From an uncultured Candidatus Saccharibacteria bacterium (GTDB taxonomy: Bacteria > Patescibacteriota > Minisyncoccia > Phycocordibacterales > UBA9973), in the NCBI GenBank assembly GCA_964553015.1, contig CAZKJE010000001.1, positions 6,110 through 70,109 of the forward strand: a stretch of DNA of 64,000 bases. Direction: 5' to 3'. Positions 9,776-19,557 of this stretch are shown one piece after another (the stretch's first letter is position 1; every line of letters begins with the position of its first letter). The notes below the pieces were generated by a model. It was not told the origin of the DNA. It saw only the letters and a list, made by a program, of their open reading frames with translations, and made no database searches. A program made the position numbers and the translations under genes.

Positions 9776-9837
9776 TTTTTAATTCTTGATTCCCTTTACC
9801 CATACTAGCGTAAACTAATTGACAGAAGTGCTGGGAC

Positions 9838-10209
9838 ATGACATACTCTTTTTTAGAATTTTCGTGGACAACAAACACACAGTACAAACTCTTAGGAGGG
9901 TTTATGAGGATAGAGGAAGCAGAATTTCGGTTTGTGCTGGAATCCCAGCTTGACGGTTTCTGGGATCGTGCTTTGGTGGTTTTTCGGAACTACCATAGTA
10001 AAAACTTGGAACAAAAGGTGGTGAATCTGATTATTGAGGCAGTTGAACGAAAAAAGGTAGATGTGGTGCTTAAGATGATGGAAGTGTACTACGACACCTA
10101 CCTGATGCCCAACGGAAAAACCCCCAGCCCAGGTGTGGACGAGTTGGAGAAAGTGTTGTTGATCATCAGGACACAGGTCCTTTGCTTACCTCCGAATTCG
10201 TACATATAG
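9838..10209 (+). CDS. Hypothetical protein (island cargo)
   Basis: 123-aa ORF with moderately elevated GC and no recognisable motif. Confidence 0.35.
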   Translation: MTYSFLEFSWTTNTQYKLLGGFMRIEEAEFRFVLESQLDGFWDRALVVFRNYHSKNLEQKVVNLIIEAVERKKVDVVLKMMEVYYDTYLMPNGKTPSPGVDELEKVLLIIRTQVLCLPPNSYI

Positions 10210-10316
10210 GTAAGCACCACATGTCATAACCCCCGCCGTGAGTAATCCCGGCGGGACGGGGCCAAGAGAAGTTCTTTTTTAAAATTTGTATAAATGCGAA
10301 CCGCGAGGTTCGTGAC

Positions 10317-10349
10317 AACCTCGTGAAAAAAACTGCGCGAGGTTTTTTT
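10317..10349 (+). terminator. Rho-independent terminator
   Basis: aacctcg-tgaaaaaaactgcg-cgaggtt followed by TTTTT. Confidence 0.55.
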
Positions 10350-10409
10350 ATGCTAAAAATTTTTTGATTTTATTACTAAAAATGTTATATTTTTTCTGTA
10401 GGCATTTTC

Positions 10410-10481
10410 GGCTCTATCGTCTAACGGTTAGGACATATCCTTCTCAAGGATAGAATCGCGGTTCGATTCCGCGTAGAGTCA
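10410..10481 (+). tRNA. tRNA-Glu (anticodon CUC)
   Basis: Hand-folded. Acceptor GGCTCTA/TAGAGTC, D-stem GTC/GAC, anticodon stem TATCC/GGATA with loop TTCTCAA, T-arm CGCGG-TTCGATT-CCGCG, discriminator A, no encoded CCA. The msrA stop codon overlaps the last 3 nt on the opposite strand. Confidence 0.85.
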
Positions 10482-10964
10482 CAAATAGCTGTCAAACCAG
10501 ATAGCATGACATGTATATCCCGCGGGATTTTTTTGGAGATAATCCTGATGATATTCCTCTGCTTCGTAAAATGTATCTAACGGCTCTATAGTAGTGACCA
10601 CCTTATTCGGCCATCTGCCGGATTTGTTTACAATATCTATAAAATTTTCCGCTTCTTTTTTCTCTTCATCATTTCCGTAAAAAATAGCAGAACGATACGA
10701 GGTTCCTCTGTCGTTCCCCTGCTGATTTAGGGTTGTCGGATTATGGATCTGAAAGAAAAAATCCAGCAGTTTTTTGTAAGAAGTTTTTGTGTTGTCGTAT
10801 TCTATCTCCACGGCTTCGGCATGGCCCTCATGATTTTCATATGTAGGATTATTCACAGATCCGCCGGTATAGCCCACCCGGCTCTTCACCGCACCGGGCT
10901 GTTTCCGGATTAAATCCTGCAATCCCCAGAAGCATCCTCCTGCTAAAATTATTTTCTTGATCAT
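10479..10964 (-). CDS. msrA: Peptide methionine sulfoxide reductase A
   Basis: LAGGCFWG active-site motif near the N-terminus. 161 aa. Confidence 0.85.
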   Translation of the reverse strand: MIKKIILAGGCFWGLQDLIRKQPGAVKSRVGYTGGSVNNPTYENHEGHAEAVEIEYDNTKTSYKKLLDFFFQIHNPTTLNQQGNDRGTSYRSAIFYGNDEEKKEAENFIDIVNKSGRWPNKVVTTIEPLDTFYEAEEYHQDYLQKNPAGYTCHAIWFDSYL

Positions 10965-10971
10965 GTGATTT

Positions 10972-11328
10972 TTATTTTCCTTCTAAAAATTTCATTGAAA
11001 TAGAATTCACGCAGTGCCGTAAATTCTTTTCGGTGAACCCTTCGCCGGTAAATAAATGCCCCAAGTGCCCGCCGCATTTTGCGCAGGTTATTTCCGTACG
11101 CATGCCGTCCTTGTCCAGACTTTTGTGCACGGCGCCAGCTATCTCATCATCAAAACTCGGCCAGCCGCAATGGGATTCAAATTTACTCTTTGAATCATAC
11201 AAGGGCGCCTCGCACTGCCGGCAGACATACACACCAGTTTTTTTGTTGTTCACATACTCGCCCGAAAAAGGCATTTCTGTGCCCTTGTCTATGATTACTC
11301 TTTTTTCTTCCGGAGTTAATTCGTTCAT
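10972..11328 (-). CDS. msrB: Peptide methionine sulfoxide reductase B
   Basis: Zn-binding CxxC pairs (CRQC, CAKC) and the catalytic GWPSF...HLGHLF. Confidence 0.85.
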   Translation of the reverse strand: MNELTPEEKRVIIDKGTEMPFSGEYVNNKKTGVYVCRQCEAPLYDSKSKFESHCGWPSFDDEIAGAVHKSLDKDGMRTEITCAKCGGHLGHLFTGEGFTEKNLRHCVNSISMKFLEGK

Positions 11329-11373
11329 GCGATAATTATATCATGAATGAAAAAACTATTACAATAATTAAAA

Positions 11374-12714
11374 TTAGTTTTTCTTAAGCCACTCTGGATC
11401 CTGTCGTACAAGAAGACTATATTTATTTCCTTGTTCTAATAAAATCTCTCCCACTATCCGCTCCATGCGCATGCCTTGCGAGCCTTTTACCAGTATGATG
11501 TCTCCATTTTTTATAAAAGTTTTTACAAAGTTTGCAGCTTCCCGCGAATCTAAAAACTCAAAAATACTTTCAGGATTCATTCCCGCCCCGCCTTCTTCGG
11601 GGTAAACTTCCAGCGCGCCTTCTTTTATGGATTTCGCGCGAAGACCAACTACAATCAAAATATCTGCATTTTCTTTAGCAATTTTACCAATATTTTTATG
11701 CGCTTCCACTGTATGCTTTCCGAGCTCCAGCATGTCGCCAAGTACTGCGATTTTCCTTCCCCGAGGGGAACCCTCGGGAAATTTTATATCTCCCAAAGTT
11801 TTGAGCGCGGATTCGCAGGCAAACGGAGAAGAGTTGTACGTATCGTCAATAATCAAGCTTTCTTTTTTCCCTTTTAAGAGGCGCATCCTCCCCGGAGGAA
11901 CATCATAATTTTTAAGCGAATCAGCAGCCGAAAGCATATTGAATTTCAGTCCGTAAGATAAGGCGAGAGCCGCGAGCGAGGCGTACACATGATTCCTGCC
12001 AAACACTCCTTCGATGGCGACGGGTACGCTTCTGCCCTCTTCGTCAACACGAAACACGACTCCTTCCGGAATTCCATTTTTATCATAGGCAATACTTTTG
12101 CCAGATCCCAAAATATCCGCGCCTTCTTTGAACCCATACGTAACCACGAGGCATTTTGTCTTTGATTTCATTTCAAGCACAGATTCATCGTCACTATTCA
12201 ATACCAAAAGCCCCTCCGGCTTTAGGGTTTTTATAAGTTCGGATTTTTCTTCTATCAGGTGCTTGCGCGATGTAAAGAATTCTATATGCGCCGGAGTTTC
12301 CCCGATGGCAGTCATGATCACTGCATCAGTTTTGAGCCAAGAAGCAGTATCGCGCATATCATTCGGCTTGCCGACGCCGACTTCAAGGATAAGCCATTTA
12401 GGATATTTGTGAAGCCCAAAAGGACTAAGAATGAGCCATGCGCCTTTTAAAATATTTTGTATCCATGCGATAGGGTTGTTCCATCCATTTGGCAAGCCGA
12501 GGACAGTGAGCGGCAAACCCAACTCGCTGTTAAAACTTTTCTCGCTTTTTCGAACATAAGAAATTTTTGAAAGCACGGCGTATACGGCATCCTTGGTGGA
12601 AGTCTTGCCGACCGAGCCGGTGATGGCTATAACCTTAGGCTTATACCTCATTAAGACGAGCTTGGACTCTGCCTTCAGAACACAAGCTAATGTTTTTTTG
12701 AAAATTGGTTTCAT
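11374..12714 (-). CDS. murF: UDP-N-acetylmuramoyl-tripeptide--D-alanyl-D-alanine ligase
   Basis: Mur ligase P-loop ITGSVGKTSTKD. 446 aa. Sits in dcw-cluster context next to ftsI. Confidence 0.8.
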   Translation of the reverse strand: MKPIFKKTLACVLKAESKLVLMRYKPKVIAITGSVGKTSTKDAVYAVLSKISYVRKSEKSFNSELGLPLTVLGLPNGWNNPIAWIQNILKGAWLILSPFGLHKYPKWLILEVGVGKPNDMRDTASWLKTDAVIMTAIGETPAHIEFFTSRKHLIEEKSELIKTLKPEGLLVLNSDDESVLEMKSKTKCLVVTYGFKEGADILGSGKSIAYDKNGIPEGVVFRVDEEGRSVPVAIEGVFGRNHVYASLAALALSYGLKFNMLSAADSLKNYDVPPGRMRLLKGKKESLIIDDTYNSSPFACESALKTLGDIKFPEGSPRGRKIAVLGDMLELGKHTVEAHKNIGKIAKENADILIVVGLRAKSIKEGALEVYPEEGGAGMNPESIFEFLDSREAANFVKTFIKNGDIILVKGSQGMRMERIVGEILLEQGNKYSLLVRQDPEWLKKN

Positions 12715-12716
12715 GG

Positions 12717-14423
12717 TTACCTATCCGGCGGAATATTATAATAATTAAGCAAAAATTTTGTGATTTCCAAAAACGGATCGCTCCACGTCGTCGCCGCATA
12801 TTGCACTCCTTTTGGATTTACAGCATACAGGAGTATTATAAATTTCGGATCATAAGCTGGAAAATATCCAACAAAAGAATGCGTGTGCCTGTCTTCATAA
12901 TATCCTCCGGAAACATTGTCTGCAACCTGCGCTGTACCTGTTTTTACCGCGACGCTAAAATGTTCCAGTCCTTTTTTTAATCCCTTGTCCATCACAGTCA
13001 CCAGCATCCTCGTAATCTCTTGCGAAGTTTGCGGGGTTATTTTTCCGGAAGTAACAGGATATGTCATTTCTTTTTTTAATCCGCTGTTGTAATTTATTTC
13101 TTTTACCACATGCGGCACGACAAGGTTTCCTCCGTTGCCGAGACTCGATAGCGCGCGGGCGAGTTCTACCGGAGTGAGCGCTATTCCCTGCCCGAAGGCA
13201 GCGTTTGCATATTCAATTTCTCTCGGACTTTTTAAGATGCCTCCGATAAGGCTTGATGTCTCATTCGGCAGATCTATGCCCGTTTTTTCTTTGATGCCAT
13301 AGGAAAGCAAGTATTCCCGAAGTTTTGTCTTTCCGAGTTTTTGTTCCACAAATACCATTCCGGTATTAAGAGACTGGCTTAAAACATCCTGCATCGTCGT
13401 ATTGGCTCCGCGAGCTTTCTTATCAAAATTAAATATTTCTTTTTTTTCTACAATGACAGAGCCCTTATCTGTGTACGTCGTGCCTGCGGTGACCACGCCG
13501 GCGTCTATGGCGCCTGCCATCACGAGCGGTTTTACGACCGAGCCAAACTCTAAAACATTTTCCACTAGTGGATTTGAAAAAACAGAGATAGTATTAGCCT
13601 GCGAAAATTTATTCGGATCAAAATCCGGCTTGGCGGCAAGAGCATAAATAGAACCATCTTTTGGATTCATTATTATGCCGCCGATAGAGTCCACACTATA
13701 TTTATCTCTCACTTCTCCTAGCTTTTTTTCGAGAAAACTCTGCACCTGCGGCTCAATGGTCGTAACCACGTCGCCCTCCGGCTCGGAATTCTCAAATATT
13801 GTGTCTTCTATGTTGGAAAAAACTTCGGCAAAAAAATTCACATACGGATTGTCTACATTTCTAGAAAGCAAAGAATCATACTGCCGTTCTATGCCGTAGC
13901 GTCCGCCGAGTTCCGAGCCTTTGTATCCCACAAACCCGAGAGTGTGCGAGGCCAGACTTTCCCCGGGATAAAAGCGCCACTTTTCCTTAAAAATACTTAC
14001 GCCCGGAATTTTTAGGGCGGATATCGCATCCGCTTCTTTTTTTGAAAGGTGTCCGACTATCTCTTCATAAGGATCGCTCTTGTCCTCGGCTCTTTTTATA
14101 AAATCTTCATAATCAATAGCCTTAATTTTTGAAATTTTTTGATACGCGTCTTCAGTGTCCGGAATTTTCTCCGGGGTTATCGCTACTTTAAAACCAGAAA
14201 TCTGCGTCGCCGCCGATACAAGCTCGCCATCCTTTCGGCTGAAATAAATATTGCCCCGCTCGTAAATATCCGAGGACGGCGTCACATACTGCCTGTCTGC
14301 GGCATTGGAATAAAAATTACCATGTACAACCTGCACATAAAAAAGCTTGGCGGAAAGTATGCAGGCAAAAAGAATAAAGCCTAGCAAAATTATCCTTGAT
14401 CGAAATAGAAAACTAGATTTCAT
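12717..14423 (-). CDS. ftsI: Peptidoglycan D,D-transpeptidase (PBP2/FtsI class)
   Basis: N-terminal TM, PBP dimerisation and transpeptidase domains (SVVKP, KTGTA). Position between ftsL and murF. Confidence 0.8.
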   Translation of the reverse strand: MKSSFLFRSRIILLGFILFACILSAKLFYVQVVHGNFYSNAADRQYVTPSSDIYERGNIYFSRKDGELVSAATQISGFKVAITPEKIPDTEDAYQKISKIKAIDYEDFIKRAEDKSDPYEEIVGHLSKKEADAISALKIPGVSIFKEKWRFYPGESLASHTLGFVGYKGSELGGRYGIERQYDSLLSRNVDNPYVNFFAEVFSNIEDTIFENSEPEGDVVTTIEPQVQSFLEKKLGEVRDKYSVDSIGGIIMNPKDGSIYALAAKPDFDPNKFSQANTISVFSNPLVENVLEFGSVVKPLVMAGAIDAGVVTAGTTYTDKGSVIVEKKEIFNFDKKARGANTTMQDVLSQSLNTGMVFVEQKLGKTKLREYLLSYGIKEKTGIDLPNETSSLIGGILKSPREIEYANAAFGQGIALTPVELARALSSLGNGGNLVVPHVVKEINYNSGLKKEMTYPVTSGKITPQTSQEITRMLVTVMDKGLKKGLEHFSVAVKTGTAQVADNVSGGYYEDRHTHSFVGYFPAYDPKFIILLYAVNPKGVQYAATTWSDPFLEITKFLLNYYNIPPDR

Positions 14424-14781
14424 TGTTGCCTAAAGTTAGGCTGCCCAGAGATTTTCGAGTTGCGAAATTTGCTTTTATTTCTTTGAATCCCATTTGAGAT
14501 GACATGGCGAGATCCATATTGCCGGCTGTAGATAAATACGAGAGTTCTAATTGGCCGACTTCGTTTGCAAGCGTTTGCATTTCTTTTTCCAGAGTTTTTC
14601 TTTGCACTATATCAAAGACCATATTTCCAAGGATAAGCACATAGCAAAGAGCAAGTGCAGCTATTACAAAAAGCATAGCATGGAGCATTACTCCCTTCAT
14701 TTCCAAATTATTATTGGTAATGCTTATGTTGCTGCCTGCATTCTGTATGCTTGTCTTTAGTTTTAAGGTCGCTTGTCTCAT
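14413..14781 (-). CDS. ftsL: Cell division protein FtsL-like (small bitopic coiled-coil protein)
   Basis: Single TM plus coiled coil, sitting between rsmH and ftsI as in dcw clusters. Confidence 0.45.
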   Translation of the reverse strand: MRQATLKLKTSIQNAGSNISITNNNLEMKGVMLHAMLFVIAALALCYVLILGNMVFDIVQRKTLEKEMQTLANEVGQLELSYLSTAGNMDLAMSSQMGFKEIKANFATRKSLGSLTLGNNEI

Positions 14782-14786
14782 GTTTT

Positions 14787-15665
14787 TTATATTTTTTCTA
14801 AAATTCTCAACTTTGCGCTTCGGGCTCTCGGGTTTATTTTTAATTCTTCATCTCCTGCTAAAATTGGTTTTTTGTTTATTAGTAACGCTATTCCTTCTTT
14901 TGCTTTTCCCTGAAAAAATCTTTTTACTATCCGGTCTTCTAGGCTATGAAAACTGATTACTGCCATTCGCCCCCCCGTATTTAATAACTCAAACCCTTTA
15001 TCTAATCCTTCTTGCAAATTGCCTAATTCATCATTCACTGCTATCCGTATCGCCTGAAAGGTCCGTGTAGCTGGGTGCAATTTCTGTCTCTTGTATGTCT
15101 TATGTCCTCTTGCCACTGCCCCTTCTATGATTTTCACTAAATCAAACGTGGTTTTAATCTCTTTCTTTTTTCTCGCCTCCACGATTGCTTTCGCTATTCT
15201 CCTGCTAAACTTTTCTTCGCCATAGCCGTATATAATATCTGCTAAACTTTTCTCCTCCCAATTATTCACGACATCATATGCCGTCAAATCTTCTGGAGAA
15301 GGATTTTCTTTCATGGTCATTAAAAGCGGCTCATCTTTCATAAAGGAAAATCCTCGTCCGGAATTTTCTAACTGATCAGAACTCAAGCCTAGATCCATAA
15401 TAATTGCATCTGCCTGTAAGCCCCCAAGCTCGCGAAAGTTTTTATTCAGAAAAGTTACATCACAACCCGACAACTTTTCCCTTCCTCGCTCTATTGCACT
15501 TGCGTCCTGGTCTATGGCAATAATTTTTATACCCGGATAATTTTTACAAATCTGAAGGGTATGCCCGCCGCCGCCGAAAGTGCAATCTATGACTAAAGAC
15601 TTGTCAGATAAATTTAGGCCGTCTATTGTTTCTTTTAAAAGAACTGTCTTGTGTATGCTTTCCAT
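14787..15665 (-). CDS. rsmH: 16S rRNA (cytosine1402-N4)-methyltransferase
   Basis: N-terminus HKTVLLKETIDGL...DCTFGGGGH. 292 aa. Follows mraZ. Confidence 0.9.
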   Translation of the reverse strand: MESIHKTVLLKETIDGLNLSDKSLVIDCTFGGGGHTLQICKNYPGIKIIAIDQDASAIERGREKLSGCDVTFLNKNFRELGGLQADAIIMDLGLSSDQLENSGRGFSFMKDEPLLMTMKENPSPEDLTAYDVVNNWEEKSLADIIYGYGEEKFSRRIAKAIVEARKKKEIKTTFDLVKIIEGAVARGHKTYKRQKLHPATRTFQAIRIAVNDELGNLQEGLDKGFELLNTGGRMAVISFHSLEDRIVKRFFQGKAKEGIALLINKKPILAGDEELKINPRARSAKLRILEKI

Positions 15666-15678
15666 CGTGCGAGCTATC

Positions 15679-16113
15679 TTATTGCGCTAACTTCTCCGCC
15701 AATTGCTCCGCCTCTCTCGCAACTTTTTCCTTCTGTTCCGACCATGCTTTTTCATTCCAAACCTCCACTCTGTCTTTGACTCCGATGATCGCGGCTTTAT
15801 CACGAAGCTTGATGCCTTCCTGTAAAAATTCCGGTATGAGCATCCGGCCGATAGAATCTATTTCCACTTCCGCCGCGCGGCCAAACATGTATCTATTAAA
15901 ACTTCTCTGGTCTGCTTTCAGGAAAGAAAGATCGGAGTCTGAATCAGAAAGTTTCTTGGAAACTTTTTCCCATTCTTTGATTGTAAAAATAAACAAGCAC
16001 TGTCCGAGGCCGGGAGTAATAATAATTTTCTTGCCAATTTCTTTTCGAAATTTTACCGGCAATGAAACTCTGTTCTTTTCATCTATTGTATGTATATATT
16101 CGCCGATGAGCAT
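15679..16113 (-). CDS. mraZ: Transcriptional regulator MraZ
   Basis: MLIGEYIHTIDEKNRVSLPVKFRK duplicated-domain signature. 144 aa. Confidence 0.9.
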   Translation of the reverse strand: MLIGEYIHTIDEKNRVSLPVKFRKEIGKKIIITPGLGQCLFIFTIKEWEKVSKKLSDSDSDLSFLKADQRSFNRYMFGRAAEVEIDSIGRMLIPEFLQEGIKLRDKAAIIGVKDRVEVWNEKAWSEQKEKVAREAEQLAEKLAQ

Positions 16114-16132
16114 AAAAATCTAGAAAATTAAT

Positions 16133-16187
16133 TTCCCACTTTTTCCCACTTCATATACATTATATTCCACCGGAAAAAAGAGTGCAA
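16133..16187 (-). promoter_or_regulatory. mraZ promoter with GTGGG direct repeats (putative MraZ operator)
   Basis: On the minus strand: -35 TTGCAC (16187..16182), a 17-bp spacer, -10 TATAAT (16164..16159). Direct repeats GTGGA (16170..16166), GTGGG (16149..16145) and GTGGG (16139..16135) at 10-11 and 21 bp spacing. Confidence 0.45.
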
Positions 16188-16547
16188 ACCCCGCCAAGCC
16201 CTTCCCTGTGGATAACTTTTAGCCCCTCGTTTGCCCTTGAAACACGAGGTGGTATAATGCTTTTTATGACTACAGGCATAGGAGGATATGAAGAAAAGCT
16301 CCCCGGAAATGTTCCGGGCTTAAGTAACGAGGCTTATAAAAAGAAAGTACTCGATAATTTAGATAGGTTTATAAGAGAAACAGAGTTTGATGGTAAGAAA
16401 AATTGGCCTCCCCAATACTTTCTGGACCCAAAAATGAAAAAAGAATTGATAAATAAACTACATGAACTTACAAAAGGTTTTCCATTTGATCAGTTTGAAA
16501 TAGTAGATTTACTTAAAATTTTGCAAGAAAGAAGAATAAGAGTTTAA
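16182..16547 (+). CDS. Hypothetical protein
   Basis: The ORF has an RBS-less long N-terminus. The probable start is the ATG at 16257 (MLFMTTGIGGYEEK). No recognisable domain. Confidence 0.35.
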   Translation: MQTPPSPSLWITFSPSFALETRGGIMLFMTTGIGGYEEKLPGNVPGLSNEAYKKKVLDNLDRFIRETEFDGKKNWPPQYFLDPKMKKELINKLHELTKGFPFDQFEIVDLLKILQERRIRV

Positions 16548-16559
16548 TAAAAAAATCAG

Positions 16560-16594
16560 CCCTCGTGCAATGACGAGGGTTTTGCGATTTTTTA
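16560..16594. terminator. Bidirectional rho-independent terminator
   Basis: ccctcg-tgcaatga-cgaggg with an A-run upstream and ttttgcgatttttt downstream, placed between convergent genes. Confidence 0.6.
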
Positions 16595-16607
16595 CTATAA
16601 GTTTATT

Positions 16608-16949
16608 CTACTTGGCCAGATTGACCGGGCCGATCACCTCCTCCTGGTCGATCGTGACTTGTGTTTCGATTCCGACGATCTTAAAACTCCAGACCGTCTT
16701 GACCACCATCCCGTCCGAGAAAAAAAACTTGGAACGGCCGGTCCCCCGAAGAAGTCCCCCTTCTTCGGAGATTTCCAAGTTCACCGAAGAGGTTGTTTTT
16801 TTTAACTTCGCCCCGTTAGCGGGGACAGGAAGTTGCTCCTTGACCATCTTGTTAACTTCCTTGAGACTTTCCGTACTAAGCGTTAATTTCGTCATGAACT
16901 GCCCCTCCTTATTCTCTAGCATTATACTGCTTTGCATTAGAAATGTCAA
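16608..16949 (-). CDS. Hypothetical small protein (GC-rich)
   Basis: 113-aa ORF. Likely start at the internal Met (MTKLTLSTESL, about 16895). GC-rich compared with the flanks. Confidence 0.35.
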   Translation of the reverse strand: MTFLMQSSIMLENKEGQFMTKLTLSTESLKEVNKMVKEQLPVPANGAKLKKTTSSVNLEISEEGGLLRGTGRSKFFFSDGMVVKTVWSFKIVGIETQVTIDQEEVIGPVNLAK

Positions 16950-17010
16950 TTAAAACGTGGCGAATTCAATATTTGCGTTAATTTTATGGAAATTATATAA
17001 TTAAAAACCT

Positions 17011-17445
17011 ATGGATAAACCGCTCATATTTGAAGTACCACCAGATTATAAAAAAGGAAAAACAATAGAAGAAATTGGTCTTTTGAAAGAGATGTTGGCT
17101 GAAATTTGGGATGTACCGACAGAAGAAGTAATGAAATCTATTCTTGAAAAATACGAAGAAAAAATAAAAGCTAAAAAAGTTTCTCCTGAATCGCTTCCCG
17201 AATTACCAAAGGCCACAATAGAGGCAGCTGTAGATGTTTTAAATCAAGTCTTGCCTGCAAATGCAAAACTTTCTCATGATTTAACATCAGAAGAAATGCT
17301 TCGTGCGTATAGGGAAAATCACGAAAACCTTCAAAAATTTTTAAACCTTCCAGTTGAAGATTGGAAGCCATCTGGCGATGACAAAAAGGATTTAGAACTC
17401 ATAGCAAGACGTTTTAAACCCGTTGCATCTTATTCGGTTGAGTAA
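17011..17445 (+). CDS. Hypothetical protein
   Basis: 144-aa acidic helical protein with no motif. Confidence 0.35.
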   Translation: MDKPLIFEVPPDYKKGKTIEEIGLLKEMLAEIWDVPTEEVMKSILEKYEEKIKAKKVSPESLPELPKATIEAAVDVLNQVLPANAKLSHDLTSEEMLRAYRENHENLQKFLNLPVEDWKPSGDDKKDLELIARRFKPVASYSVE

Positions 17446-17457
17446 CAACAGCAGATT

Positions 17458-18915
17458 TTATTTTAGCGGCTTCATCAGCGGGAAAAGTTGAGTCTCGCGA
17501 AGCGGTTTGTCTGCGAGTATTGCAAAAAGTCTTTCGCCAAATCCAAACCCGCAGGTCGGAGGCATGCCGTGCTCGAGCATCTCTACAAATTCATCGTCTT
17601 GCATCATTGCTTCGGTGTCTCCCCCTTCTATAAGTTTCTGCTGCGAAATAAAACGCTCCATCTGATCTATCGGATCATTTAATTCCGAATACCCGTTGCC
17701 CACTTCGCTCCCGGCTATAATAGGACTGAATCTTTCCGTGGTCTTCGGATCGTCTCTATTTATTTTTGCGAGCGGCGCTACAAGTACTGGATGATGCACT
17801 AAAAACGCCGGACCGGAAATTTGCTTTCGGCAATATTTCCACAGCGAATCAGTCAGCCGCTCTTTGTTTTCTCCGTCAAATTTTACACCGAGCTCTGTAA
17901 GCTTAGCTTTCATTTGTTTTTCGTTCGCAGACAAGACATCTACTCCGGTTCTGTCTTTTATCTCCCTTACATAATCAACCATCTTCCACTCATCAGAGAG
18001 ATCAAAAGTGTGTCCGTGCGTGGTGAATTTTGTTGTGCCGAAAACTTCTTTCGCAATTTTTATATACATCTCGCGCACGAGATTCATGCCGTCTTTATAA
18101 TTCGCATAGCCCCAGTAAAATTCCATATTGGTAAATTCCTGCGCATGCTCCGGGCTCGTGCCTTCGTTCCTATATGCTCGTCCGATTTCAAACGTCTTCG
18201 GAAAACCCGCAGCCATGAGGCGTTTCTGCCAAAGCTCGCCGATAGATATGCGCATATATACGTCTAGATCGTAGTCATTGTGATGAGTTTTAAAAGGAGT
18301 AGCCTCTGCCCCGCCAGTCGTCGTCTCCAATGTCGGCGTCTCCACCTCCAAAAATCCTTTTTCTTTCATAAATTCACGGGTAACGTCCCAGAATTTTGAC
18401 TTTTTGATTATAATTTCTTTCAACTCCGGATTCATTAAAATGTCAAGATATCGTTTTCTATATCTTTCTTCCACGTCTGTAAGCCCGTGCCATTTTTCCG
18501 GAAGCGGCCGCAGGCTCTTGGAAAGCATCCGCCAGTCCTTGGCTTCCAGAGTTTTCTCCCCTCTTTGCGTCGTAAAAAAAGTCCCCTGTAATTCTACAAA
18601 GTCTCCGATGTCTACCACTTCATTCCAGAAGTTTAATTTTTCCTCGCCGAGAATATCTTTTTTTAAGAGTCCCTGAAATAAAGCTGTGCCGTCATTTAAA
18701 GTTATGAAAATTATCGCCCCCTGTCCGCGGATAGACATGATTCTGCCAGCGATCCACTTTACTTCTTTGTTTTTTTCTAGAGTATCGAAATTTAATACAG
18801 TTTCAGCAAGTGAAATTTCCCTTTTTGCTTCTGCGGGGTAAGGGTTTATACCTCTTTTCTGTAAGAGTTTTAATTTTCTGATTCTGGTGTCCCTAATTTC
18901 ATCAATTGAAGACAT
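17458..18915 (-). CDS. lysS: Lysine--tRNA ligase, class II
   Basis: N-terminal OB-fold anticodon-binding domain plus a class II core with motifs 1-3 (e.g. GFLEVETP, FTNMEFY). 485 aa. Confidence 0.9.
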   Translation of the reverse strand: MSSIDEIRDTRIRKLKLLQKRGINPYPAEAKREISLAETVLNFDTLEKNKEVKWIAGRIMSIRGQGAIIFITLNDGTALFQGLLKKDILGEEKLNFWNEVVDIGDFVELQGTFFTTQRGEKTLEAKDWRMLSKSLRPLPEKWHGLTDVEERYRKRYLDILMNPELKEIIIKKSKFWDVTREFMKEKGFLEVETPTLETTTGGAEATPFKTHHNDYDLDVYMRISIGELWQKRLMAAGFPKTFEIGRAYRNEGTSPEHAQEFTNMEFYWGYANYKDGMNLVREMYIKIAKEVFGTTKFTTHGHTFDLSDEWKMVDYVREIKDRTGVDVLSANEKQMKAKLTELGVKFDGENKERLTDSLWKYCRKQISGPAFLVHHPVLVAPLAKINRDDPKTTERFSPIIAGSEVGNGYSELNDPIDQMERFISQQKLIEGGDTEAMMQDDEFVEMLEHGMPPTCGFGFGERLFAILADKPLRETQLFPLMKPLK

Positions 18916-18945
18916 TTTTTGCTTGCCCCGCCACGGCGGGGTAAA

Positions 18946-19413
18946 TTAAGAAACGCTGATGATTTTATAATTGACTGTGCCGCCCGGAGTCTGAAAAGTT
19001 ACTTTATCGCCTTTCTTTTTTCCAAAGAGGGCCTCGCCAAAAGGAGAACGATTGGAAATTTTTCCATTTGCCATATCCGCTTCCTCACTTCCTACTATAA
19101 CATAATTTTTTTCTTGCTGCGTGTCTTCTTTTTGCACGACAACTTTAGAGCCTATCTCTATGATGTCTCCGCCGCCGCCTTTGACCGTGACAGACGTCTG
19201 AAGAATCTGTTCAATTTTTGCTATGCGCGCCTCCAGTTTGCCCTGCTCTTCGCGGGTCTGATGATATTCCGCATTCTCTGAAAGATCGCCAAGGGATTTT
19301 GCGTACTCCAAAGCCGCCAGAATTTCTTTTCTTTTTGGCCCCTTCAGGTCTATAAGTTCGGCTTCCAAAGCCTTGCGCTTTTCTGCCGTTATGTAATCTG
19401 CTCCTGCATTCAT
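18946..19413 (-). CDS. greA: Transcription elongation factor GreA
   Basis: N-terminal coiled coil with acidic tip (LGDLSENAEYH) and a C-terminal FKBP-like domain. 155 aa. Confidence 0.85.
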   Translation of the reverse strand: MNAGADYITAEKRKALEAELIDLKGPKRKEILAALEYAKSLGDLSENAEYHQTREEQGKLEARIAKIEQILQTSVTVKGGGGDIIEIGSKVVVQKEDTQQEKNYVIVGSEEADMANGKISNRSPFGEALFGKKKGDKVTFQTPGGTVNYKIISVS

Positions 19414-19557
19414 CTGATTTTTTAATTGATTATGAGTAAAAACGACTAAATCCCGCTAACGGGATTCATGGATAACTAATATTAAACTTTTTTAATAAAA
19501 AGTCAATGACTCAAGTTGGGAGTTGCTAAAAATAATTTTTATGTTAGTCTTAGGACT

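Noticed and set aside
18926-18941. Hairpin CCCCGCCACGGCGGGG as the greA terminator
   Set aside because: On the greA (minus) transcript the hairpin is followed by an A-run rather than a U-run. It was kept only as a member of the GC-rich hairpin family.
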